In this document: positions 18,422 through 26,680 of the stretch, one piece after another
Layout: the number at the start of each line of letters is the position of its first letter
Position numbering within the stretch: the first letter of the stretch is position 1
Assembly (NCBI GenBank): GCA_937877025.1
Contig: CALEGE010000066.1
Span: 15,388-79,387 of the forward strand
Reading direction: 5' to 3'
DNA length: 64,000 nucleotides
From: an uncultured Spirochaetia bacterium
GTDB lineage: Bacteria; Spirochaetota; UBA4802; UBA5368
Notes under the pieces: generated by a model
Seen by the model: the letters and a program-made list of their open reading frames with translations, nothing else
The model's database searches: none
Told to the model about the DNA's origin: nothing
Made by a program: the position numbers and the translations under genes

Positions 18422-20746
18422 CTATCGTGCGGACGCTGTTTTCAGCAGCGACTCGAGCAGGCGGCGGTGCTCGTCGGTATACGCGAACTTTCCGGCGTTT
18501 TGAATTTCCAGCCGCATGTCTTTACCTTCTTGCATTCCCCTCTTGATGGTCTCAACGCGTTTGTAAAAATTGAGCGACATCTCCATGAGCTTGCCGTGCG
18601 CGATGGCCCACAGCGTATCGCCCGGTTTCACCGTGACATGCTGTCCGTCGAGCATGGTAAAAACATTTCCAGGAAATATCCAGTTTGGATTTTTATCTTT
18701 CATCGACGCGAAGGGAATCGGGGCATATCCGTTCATGATGGCGACGCGATTGGCATATTCGAATATATCCCTGTCGGATACATGTATGCCGTATTCTTTG
18801 ACGATCCGCCGCCGTTCTTTTTCCACTGCTTTTTTTTGCTGCTGCGCCTGGTAGCCCCTGTATGCCCGGTGGCCGGTGTGACCGAGGAGAAGCAGGAGGA
18901 TAATGATGAGAGGAATCACCGCAATTTTAAGCGATTTTTTTATCCTCATCGTGGCAAGGGTGCAGCGGATATCCGAGGGTTCTCTTTCGATCTCGTCGGC
19001 CTGATATTGGTCCCTGATTTTATTGATGGCCTCTTTGAGCGAATAAATATCCTTCTGGTTCTTCTGCCGTGGCGCGAACAGCTTCAGCAGCTGCATAAGG
19101 CGCTCCCTGTCGTCGATGACCTTTTCGTAGTACGAGCGAAGGTGAGGATCGGTTGTTGCGGCCGCTGCCGCCTCCCTGTCGGCCGATATCTCGTTGAGCA
19201 GGGCCGGACCCCTGTCTTTCTCAGTGTCATCGATTTTCTCCGCGACCTCGAAGACGTTTCCGCCGCAGAACACCAGATTGATGCGAATGCCCGGGGTGGA
19301 AGAGATGAAGCTGCGCTTGCGGATGCGCCGTTCGCCATCGTCGATGCATTTTTTTATCGATGCGGCGGTCTTTCTGTCGGTGGCGGTCGCGTAATGCAGT
19401 TTCAATAAAGCGAGCGCGTTGAATAACGATAATTTATCCTCCAGCGATGAAACCTCAAACTCGCTGCCGTACCTGGACAGCATCCCGGAGATTGTGTCGA
19501 AATCGCGGTTTTCAATGATATCGGACAACCTGCCGTTCCATATTGCGGCTGACAGGTCGTCGGCCAGTTTTTCCGGCGCGGCATATTTCAAGAACTCGTA
19601 TTGCACGTCCGGATAAATGATGACGAGCGGCCCGCCCTCGATCCGCGAAATGTTTTTATTCCCGTCGTCGATGATGATAACCGAACAGCGCGCCGACTTG
19701 AAGAAAAGGTTTGTATCCTCGTATACGGTACAGGGTACAAAGACGGCGTCGAGGCCGTTTTTTAGAACCTGCTGTATTCCCTTATAGCCTTTGATATATG
19801 CGATGCTGATCGGTTCTTGTGATGGTCGGATATTTTTGTACGTACAACGGATATTAAAGGTATCGGTGTAATTGCTGATGTTGAGGCCGTCTCCCGTGTC
19901 GAACGAAGACCCTCTGAATGCCTGCCGGATGATTGTGGCGCCCGAATAAAGCCTCTGAAGCAAATCGATCGCGTCTGAATGGTCGGAAAATATTTTTATC
20001 CGCCCCTTCGAGGCGTGTTTCCATTTGAGGAACCGGGTCGCGTTCATGATGTTCGCTGACGGCAGTATCAGCTCGCGTATCTGTCCCGGATCGATGCACA
20101 GGCGTGAAAAAGCCTCGAAATAATTTCTGGGAAACTGGTATGTGCTGAAATATTTGTTTTTATAAAACATCGGAGAATTTCCGGTAATCACGAAACCGGA
20201 TCCGGCATATCGCGACGATTCCTTGCCGTGCCGCGATAATGTATCGTGTATTTTTTTATCGTGATAATACAGGTCGTCCATGTCCTGCAGGTTGAATATA
20301 TTGGTCTTGTTGTGGGTTATGCGGAAATTTCCGTCGGTGTAGAATACGCCGATGAACGAGTCCCTGTCTGAAATGATTTTTTCACGGGAATATTCCGGGA
20401 TGTCCTTCTCAATATCGACAACGGCCGCATTATTGAGGTCGAGCCCGAAATTCTTCTGGAAGTCGAGGTAGCGTTTCACTATCAGCCTGCTTCCGATATA
20501 GCGGTTTTTCGGAAGATAATTGATGTCGATGTTGAACTGCTCCAGCGACGGATTGCCGATGATCATGTCGGTGACAATGATGTTTTCTATAAGGGGTATG
20601 ATCTCCACCGGCAGGTTGATCCAGTTGCCTATCCGGATGAACGGGCGGTCGTCCTCAATGGAATCGCCGGTGAAAATGACATAACACTCGTTATCGAGAA
20701 TAAACAACCTGTCGCTGTCTTTTGTGATCAGGTCTGAAAGTTCCAT
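18422..20746 (-). CDS. hypothetical bitopic membrane protein: large N-terminal cytoplasmic domain, one TM, C-terminal LysM domain
   Basis: 774 aa. TM IAVIPLIIILLLLLG around residue 610. C-terminal LysM-like motif HVTVKPGDTLWAIAHGKL. The ~600-aa N-terminal region has no recognisable motif. A/T-rich. Confidence 0.45.
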   Translation of the reverse strand: MELSDLITKDSDRLFILDNECYVIFTGDSIEDDRPFIRIGNWINLPVEIIPLIENIIVTDMIIGNPSLEQFNIDINYLPKNRYIGSRLIVKRYLDFQKNFGLDLNNAAVVDIEKDIPEYSREKIISDRDSFIGVFYTDGNFRITHNKTNIFNLQDMDDLYYHDKKIHDTLSRHGKESSRYAGSGFVITGNSPMFYKNKYFSTYQFPRNYFEAFSRLCIDPGQIRELILPSANIMNATRFLKWKHASKGRIKIFSDHSDAIDLLQRLYSGATIIRQAFRGSSFDTGDGLNISNYTDTFNIRCTYKNIRPSQEPISIAYIKGYKGIQQVLKNGLDAVFVPCTVYEDTNLFFKSARCSVIIIDDGNKNISRIEGGPLVIIYPDVQYEFLKYAAPEKLADDLSAAIWNGRLSDIIENRDFDTISGMLSRYGSEFEVSSLEDKLSLFNALALLKLHYATATDRKTAASIKKCIDDGERRIRKRSFISSTPGIRINLVFCGGNVFEVAEKIDDTEKDRGPALLNEISADREAAAAATTDPHLRSYYEKVIDDRERLMQLLKLFAPRQKNQKDIYSLKEAINKIRDQYQADEIEREPSDIRCTLATMRIKKSLKIAVIPLIIILLLLLGHTGHRAYRGYQAQQQKKAVEKERRRIVKEYGIHVSDRDIFEYANRVAIMNGYAPIPFASMKDKNPNWIFPGNVFTMLDGQHVTVKPGDTLWAIAHGKLMEMSLNFYKRVETIKRGMQEGKDMRLEIQNAGKFAYTDEHRRLLESLLKTASAR

Positions 20747-21140
20747 CGCGTACTCCTGTCTGTATGTGCTCGCGGTCTACGGCGCCGTCCCGGCCGACGC
20801 GGGCTTTACCGCAGAGATGAATCTTATATGATCATTTGCCTCCAGAGCAAGTCTTTTTGCGGTTTCATTGGAAAAGATGCGCGAAATTTGCGCAAGAATC
20901 TGGATTTGCGAATCCTGGCCACCGAATGGCGTGAGGATCATGAAGATGAGACAGGCGGGGTGTGCAGTCGGCATATAAAACCAACCGGAAGTGGCGTGCG
21001 CGAATGTCATCGAGAAAAAGTGCTTTCCGTGGACGTTGCCATTGTGTACATTCATGTGGAGAGCCCGATGGTGATCGATTATGCGGCGCGCGGCTCGAAT
21101 TGCTCTTTTTTTCCAGTTAGAAAATGTCGATGATACTACT

Positions 21141-23543
21141 ATGAACCGTGTTGCGTCATTTATTATCGCCCTGCATTTCAGATATCCGTTTGTACGCCAG
21201 TTGCTGTGGGCGTGCTGCATCGTCATAACGGCGGGCGTCGTGTTCCTTGCAGGATTCAAGGGAAGCCGCGTCGATACGCTCCCCGTGGGATGGGAAAAGA
21301 GTTTTACCGTCAGCCAGCCGGCCATTGCGGCGAAGAATATCCACCTGGCGTCGCGCGGAAATTTCATCGCCGCCGTGTACGAGGGCGTCGAGAAAAGGGC
21401 GCATAAAATCTACGCGGTGCTTTCGTTTAATGGGGGAAAGTCGTTTCTGCAGCCGGTCGTGATAGCCGACGTGGCGCCCGATATAGATCACCTGCCGCGC
21501 GTCGCTGTTTCGGGCACGGGCCACGTGGCCGTCGTATGGCAGAACCTTGAGCAGGATGATTCCAATACGCGCGTCTTTTATTCACTCTCCATGGATATGG
21601 GGGCCTCGTGGTCTCCGCCGGTGAGGGTCTTTATGCCATCGGATTTTGAAATGCTGCCGCAGATTCTCTACGATGACAGAAACGTGATGCACCTCTTCTA
21701 CCACGGCCATTCGAAAAACGTCTTCAACCTGTATCACGCCGTCAGCGCCGATGAAAAAACATTCGATGCTCCGCGTGCGCTTGCCGGAATGGAAGAACTG
21801 CGTGGAGCTTTTTTCCCGGCGGTGTCCGTTTCCAGAAGCGATATATATGTCGTATGGCAGGGGAAGGGGGAGATGAGAGGAGTGCTTTCCGACGACCTCT
21901 ATTATATGCATTCAGGTAACTACGGTAAAAGCTGGGGCACTCCGGAGAAAATTACGCGAAGCGCGGCCAACGATGCGGCGCCGTCGCTTTTCATGTACAG
22001 GGACGTTCTGTATTGCGCATATCAAAACAATGACGAGCGCAGCTGGGCAATCAAACTTCTTCGGGGTTTCAACCGCGGCGACACCTGGGACGAGAAGCCG
22101 ATGACCGTGTCTCAGACAAACGCAAACTGTTATTCTCCGGGTGTGACTTCCGGAAAAAACGAAGAGCTCGTTGTCCTCTGGTACGATACCCGCGATGTCG
22201 CGCCATCGATCGTCGCGCGCAAGTACCTGATCCCCGAGCGGAGGTTTTCTTCGGAAAGCGTGCTTTCTCCCGTGAGGGCGGCGTCGCGCAAGCCTGTCGC
22301 CGTGACGGTGAACAACACCATCATCGTAATGTGGGAGGAGGCGGGGCGCGTGTTCGCGAAGTATTCCGATATCAACGTTGAGCCGCCGGTCGTGTATTCG
22401 GCGACGAACCCGGAAAATGCGTGGTCGCGGCGCGCCGACGCCATGATGCAATGGAATTCGCCTGACGACGATTCTGGGATTGCCGGCTACGCGGTGATTG
22501 TGAACAAGATCCCCGATTTTATACCGACCGTGCAGAATCTCGAAAGCAATGTGAAGCTCTATCGCGTAGCCGATCTTGACGACGGGGTGTCGTATTTCCA
22601 TATACGCGCTGTCGACGGCGCCGGCAACTACAGCAGAACCGTGCATTACAAACTGCAGGTGAGCCGCTCGCCGCTGCCCGCCCCCGTGGTAGTGTCGCCG
22701 ACGCACCCCGAAGGAAAAGAAGCGCTCCTGCGGACGCCGGTATTCCGCTGGTCAATCGATGGCAGAGACCGCTTGAAGGGTTTTCTCTACAGTATGTCAA
22801 AGAATACGGCGGAACGGCCTTCAAAGTTCACCAACGATTTTGAAACGACATTTCACAACCTGGATGACGGTCGTTACTTCTTCAGCATCGCGGCCGTCGA
22901 TAGAACGAATACCGTATCGCGGGTTGCCACCTACGAAATAATTATCAACAAAGCCGAATCGATCGACGCGTCGGTATACGAACGGATTGCGAAGGGGCTC
23001 GCGCCGATAGTTAGAGAGGTCGAGAAAATTGCGGCGCCCACAGTTCCGTATTGTATAATAAATCTTCCATTCGATAGCGCGCACCCGTACGACAAAGACG
23101 CTTTTAACGCGATCATTACCGCCAGGAATATCCCCGCCGATTCGATGGCGGGCTACTCGGTATCGCTCGATACGAAAAAAACCGAGCCTCGAAAAAGCGT
23201 CAATGTGCGCAACAACATCATCAGCCTTACAGGCCTGAAAAATGGCGCATATTATCTTTCGGTGCGCGGGCGATATGCCCGAATCGAAGGCGGACGGAAG
23301 GTTTACTACTGGACGGCGCCGTCGGTGAAATCATTTACCGTGAATACGTTCGAAGCGCCCTCCGGAGTTGTCGCGTATGCCGACAGCGTGATTGAGAAAC
23401 TCTACGGGCGCTGGTTGGCGGTAACGATATCGTTGACCGGTGCGCTTTTATCAATCGTGACGCTGGGATTTGGATCGCGGATATCGTTTTTTGCGAAGCT
23501 GGTGCGGTTCAGGCTGCGTAATCGTGCCGCCGCCCTTTTTTAA
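21141..23543 (+). CDS. BNR/Asp-box repeat (sialidase-like beta-propeller) protein with Fn3-like domains and C-terminal TM
   Basis: Several Asp-box repeats (SMDMGASW, SGNYGKSW, NRGDTWDE; consensus S-x-D-x-G-x-[ST]-W). N-terminal TM/signal. Downstream beta-rich repeats ending in a TM (LAVTISLTGALLSIVTLGF). Confidence 0.55.
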   Translation: MNRVASFIIALHFRYPFVRQLLWACCIVITAGVVFLAGFKGSRVDTLPVGWEKSFTVSQPAIAAKNIHLASRGNFIAAVYEGVEKRAHKIYAVLSFNGGKSFLQPVVIADVAPDIDHLPRVAVSGTGHVAVVWQNLEQDDSNTRVFYSLSMDMGASWSPPVRVFMPSDFEMLPQILYDDRNVMHLFYHGHSKNVFNLYHAVSADEKTFDAPRALAGMEELRGAFFPAVSVSRSDIYVVWQGKGEMRGVLSDDLYYMHSGNYGKSWGTPEKITRSAANDAAPSLFMYRDVLYCAYQNNDERSWAIKLLRGFNRGDTWDEKPMTVSQTNANCYSPGVTSGKNEELVVLWYDTRDVAPSIVARKYLIPERRFSSESVLSPVRAASRKPVAVTVNNTIIVMWEEAGRVFAKYSDINVEPPVVYSATNPENAWSRRADAMMQWNSPDDDSGIAGYAVIVNKIPDFIPTVQNLESNVKLYRVADLDDGVSYFHIRAVDGAGNYSRTVHYKLQVSRSPLPAPVVVSPTHPEGKEALLRTPVFRWSIDGRDRLKGFLYSMSKNTAERPSKFTNDFETTFHNLDDGRYFFSIAAVDRTNTVSRVATYEIIINKAESIDASVYERIAKGLAPIVREVEKIAAPTVPYCIINLPFDSAHPYDKDAFNAIITARNIPADSMAGYSVSLDTKKTEPRKSVNVRNNIISLTGLKNGAYYLSVRGRYARIEGGRKVYYWTAPSVKSFTVNTFEAPSGVVAYADSVIEKLYGRWLAVTISLTGALLSIVTLGFGSRISFFAKLVRFRLRNRAAALF

Positions 23544-23556
23544 AACGCCGGTGTCG

Positions 23557-23985
23557 TTATCCCCTCGGACAGATTTCGTCATCTTTGAAAAAGAAGGCTA
23601 TTTCCCTTGCGGCGCTTGCGGTGCTGTCCGAGCCGTGCGTGGCGTTACGGCGGTTGTTCTCGCCGAAGTCGCGTCGCAGTGTGCCGGGGGCCGCGTCTGG
23701 AGAATTGGTTGGGCCCATAAGCTCGCGGTATCGTATGATTGCGCCATCGCCCTCAAGCACCTGCACCATAACAGGTCCCGATATCATAAACTCGACAAGT
23801 CCCTCGAAATACGGGCGGCCCGTGTGTTCCGCGTACAACTCTTCCGCGTCTTCTCGCGAAAGGCGAAGCATCTTTGCGGCGATTATTTGCAGCCCGATCG
23901 CTTCGATGCGGGAATATATTTCGCCGATAACGTTCTTACCTACGGCGTCGGGTTTGATAATGGAAAGTGTTCGTTCAACTGGCAT
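23557..23985 (-). CDS. ndk: nucleoside-diphosphate kinase
   Basis: 142 aa; [13 protein letters not shown]-terminus, NATHGSDS active-site His region and YFxGLVEFM. Confidence 0.9.
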   Translation of the reverse strand: MPVERTLSIIKPDAVGKNVIGEIYSRIEAIGLQIIAAKMLRLSREDAEELYAEHTGRPYFEGLVEFMISGPVMVQVLEGDGAIIRYRELMGPTNSPDAAPGTLRRDFGENNRRNATHGSDSTASAAREIAFFFKDDEICPRG

Positions 23986-24177
23986 AGCGTGGATTGTCTC
24001 CTATGATTTGAATTTATGAACGGCGACCGATACGTGCCGGACACATGGCAATTTTATATCTTTTTGACGCAAACACAAGATGGCCGATATGCTTGGTAAA
24101 GGCGATGCAATGAGCGTGTTTTCGTATAACGAGAATTACTAATGAGCTGATCCCGCACAGGCGCCCGATACGGTGCA

Positions 24178-25116
24178 TCAGGGCGGGCATTTGGCGCAGA
24201 TTGACTTAAACAGCGCCGTTGAAAGGTAGCGGTCGCCCCTGTCGGGAAGCAGCGTGACGATGACGCCGCTGGAGATTGTTTGGGCATACTTCAGTACGCC
24301 TGCGACTGCCGCGCCGCTTGACATTCCACAGAAAAGACCTTCCTTCAACGCGAGGTCTCTGCATGCGGTGAACGCTTCGTCGTCGTTCACGCTGATTATT
24401 TCGTCGATCAATCCGGGATTGTAAATAGGGGGAACAATGCATTCACTCATGTTTTTCAATCCCTGGATTGTGTGCCCCATTACCGGCTCGATGCCGATTA
24501 TCCTGATTGCGGGATTGTGCTCTTTCAGCCGCGTCGAAACGCCCATGATCGTGCCCGTGGTGCCGAGCCCGGCCGCGAAATGGGTCAGTGCGCCGTCGGT
24601 TTGATCGAGAATTTCCGGCCCGGTTGTTTCGTAATGCGACAATATATTATTCGGATTGGAAAACTGATCGGGCATGTAATAGATCGACGGGTTTTCATCG
24701 CGCATCTGGCGCGCCCTGATGATTGCGCCGTCGGTGCCCTCACAGCCGCCGGTCAGTACGCATTCCGCGCCGAACGCCTGCAATATGCTGCGGCGCTCCA
24801 TGCTGACGCACTCGGGCATGCACAGTTTTACTCGAAAACCCAGCGACGCCCCGACCATGGCGAGGCCGATGCCCGTGTTGCCGCTTGTCGGTTCGAGGAT
24901 TATTTTGTCGGGCGTAAGTTCGCCGCTCTCGATGGCCGTTTTTATCATGTAATAGGCCGGCCGGTCTTTTACGGAGCCGCCCGGGTTTGCGCCTTCGAGC
25001 TTTGCGTAGATATCGACGTTCGGGTTTGGCGACATGTTTTTCAGCTTCACAATCGGGGTGCGGCCAATTGAGGATATAACGCCCGCGACGTTAAATGGAT
25101 TTTTCAGCGTTTTCAT
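24178..25116 (-). CDS. cysK: cysteine synthase (O-acetylserine sulfhydrylase)
   Basis: PLP-fold motifs: SVKDRPAYYMI (lysine of the SxKDR motif), GNTGIGLAMV and GLGTTGTIMG. Start placed at MKTLKNPF because the longer listed ORF runs into tRNA-Gly. Confidence 0.85.
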   Translation of the reverse strand: MKTLKNPFNVAGVISSIGRTPIVKLKNMSPNPNVDIYAKLEGANPGGSVKDRPAYYMIKTAIESGELTPDKIILEPTSGNTGIGLAMVGASLGFRVKLCMPECVSMERRSILQAFGAECVLTGGCEGTDGAIIRARQMRDENPSIYYMPDQFSNPNNILSHYETTGPEILDQTDGALTHFAAGLGTTGTIMGVSTRLKEHNPAIRIIGIEPVMGHTIQGLKNMSECIVPPIYNPGLIDEIISVNDDEAFTACRDLALKEGLFCGMSSGAAVAGVLKYAQTISSGVIVTLLPDRGDRYLSTALFKSICAKCPP

Positions 25117-25180
25117 GATGATGCAGTCCACTGTGATATGAAAGATACGTAAAGCATGGAATACATCCATGCCTTTCATG

Positions 25181-25252
25181 AGCGGGTGATGGGACTCGAA
25201 CCCACGACGTTCAGCTTGGGAAGCTGACATTCTACCACTGAATTACACCCGC
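25181..25252 (-). tRNA. tRNA-Gly (anticodon CCC)
   Basis: Reverse complement reads GCGGGTG TA ATTCAGTGGTAGAAT G TCAGC TTCCCAA GCTGA ACGTC GTGGGTTCGAGTCCCAT CACCCGC T. This gives a 7-bp acceptor stem, canonical D and T arms (GTTCGAGTC), a 5-bp anticodon stem, anticodon CCC and discriminator U. CCA is not encoded. Confidence 0.85.
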
Positions 25253-25409
25253 AAAATACTACGCTGACACATGTCGTTACCGCAATCGCGAGTACAGGCG
25301 CGCGCACCATCCAGCTGCAACGAACATCTGTAAAGGCAATTAATCACACGCATCCATAAATTGGCGCAATGGTAAAAAATATCTCAAAATTATCAAGAAA
25401 ATTTTTTGT

Positions 25410-25943
25410 CTATTCGCTCCGCCGCCGTATCGTTTCGGCCATCTCTCTGAACAGTGCGTAAAAATCCTGCAGTTCGTCGTTTTTTCGAAGCGGTCTGAAC
25501 TCGGGATGCCTGCCAGCGATAATATCTTTCATGTGATTCGATATTACGTACACGGGGCCGGATATTCGATGCGTACGCCGTATGAGGAGAATAAACAGCA
25601 CCGCGCCGAGCGCTGCTACGAACCCGACGATACCGAACAGCATGGCATTGTTGCGGCGGATTATCGTCTGTATCTCGGCCACATTACGGTCATGGGCGCG
25701 CGCGATATTCTGTATGGGAAGTTTTTCGGACGCGCCCGGGACTTCCTGCGTAAATGTGAGCAGCGCGTCGACGTTATTGCCGTAGAGCACGACAATGTTG
25801 TCGAGCCGGTTGTTGTGAATTGTGACGATGACGCCTGCGGCGGCGATGATCGCCGCGGCGGCCAGATATACGACGCCGAGAACCGAAAACGCCGCTTTCA
25901 GTTGAAATCTCTTGTCGACCACATACTTCTTTCGCTGTGTCAT
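25410..25943 (-). CDS. membrane protein with two TM segments and a C-terminal HAMP-like domain (no output domain)
   Basis: TM1 (AFSVLGVVYLAAAAIIAAAGVIV), a periplasmic-size loop, TM2 (LFGIVGFVAALGAVLFILLI), then a HAMP-like segment ISGPVYVISNHMKDIIAGRHPEFRPLRKNDELQDFYALFREMAE. Confidence 0.4.
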   Translation of the reverse strand: MTQRKKYVVDKRFQLKAAFSVLGVVYLAAAAIIAAAGVIVTIHNNRLDNIVVLYGNNVDALLTFTQEVPGASEKLPIQNIARAHDRNVAEIQTIIRRNNAMLFGIVGFVAALGAVLFILLIRRTHRISGPVYVISNHMKDIIAGRHPEFRPLRKNDELQDFYALFREMAETIRRRSE

Positions 25944-26048
25944 GTGTCCTCCACGGAGCGCCCGCCGCTTTCCGGCATGCGGCAGCCGAAGCGCTACTCT
26001 ACAGCCGCTAATTTTGGAAGTCAATAAATTTACACCGTGCGGCGTCGT

Positions 26049-26675
26049 TTAAATGCGGCTCTCCTCGCGGCGCTGATGTCGAAATACGCGATTGAGAAGG
26101 TTCATCTCCGCGCACATTTTGAAAAAAAGGCGCAGGGGAAATCCTATTACGTTGGTGCGCGAACCCGCGATGGACTCGATGATGATCTCGCCCCACTCCT
26201 GGGCGGCATATGCGCCGGCCTTGTCGATGTATTCGATTTTTCCGAGATAGCCGGTGATGTCGCTTTCTAAAAGAGGCTTGAACGTTATGCGGGATGTCTC
26301 GGTCTGGGTGCGCTCGCGTGATGTTGCGCCGTCGCGCGCCAGGAGCGTAATTGCGCTGATGACCTCGTGTGTTCTTCCCGAAAGCGACGTGAGGATGCCG
26401 ACGGCGTCGTTGAAGTTTGCGGGCTTTCCGATAATTTTGCCGTCGATTGTTACGATGGTGTCGCTGGTGATGATGAGACACGGCGCGTCTCTCTCGGGGA
26501 GTGCCGATTGTATAGCGTGCGCCTTGCCGCGTGATATGCGCCGTGCGTAATTGTCGGGGGCCTCATGCTCGAGAATGCCTTCGTCGGTTTCCGGCGTTAT
26601 AATCTCGAAGGATTCGAAAATCTTCCCGAGTATGTCCTTGCGGCGGGGCGAGGATGAGCCTAATATGATCTTCAT
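26049..26675 (-). CDS. maf: Maf-family nucleoside triphosphate pyrophosphatase
   Basis: ILGSSSPRRKDIL N-terminus, TSDTIV and GFPL motifs typical of Maf/YhdE. Confidence 0.85.
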   Translation of the reverse strand: MKIILGSSSPRRKDILGKIFESFEIITPETDEGILEHEAPDNYARRISRGKAHAIQSALPERDAPCLIITSDTIVTIDGKIIGKPANFNDAVGILTSLSGRTHEVISAITLLARDGATSRERTQTETSRITFKPLLESDITGYLGKIEYIDKAGAYAAQEWGEIIIESIAGSRTNVIGFPLRLFFKMCAEMNLLNRVFRHQRREESRI

Positions 26676-26680
26676 GCGCG

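Noticed and set aside
20777-21367. 196-aa minus-strand ORF spanning the divergent intergenic region and the 5' end of the BNR gene
   Set aside because: It overlaps the well-supported BNR gene start. It has no ribosome-binding site and a His/Arg-rich composition, so it is likely spurious.
25117-25230. N-terminal 38 codons of the listed 350-aa cysK ORF (MSASQAERRGFESHHPL ...)
   Set aside because: This stretch is the reverse-strand reading of tRNA-Gly (GFESHHPL translates the acceptor/T-arm). The true cysK start is MKTLKNPF at 25116, so the extension is an ORF-finder artefact.
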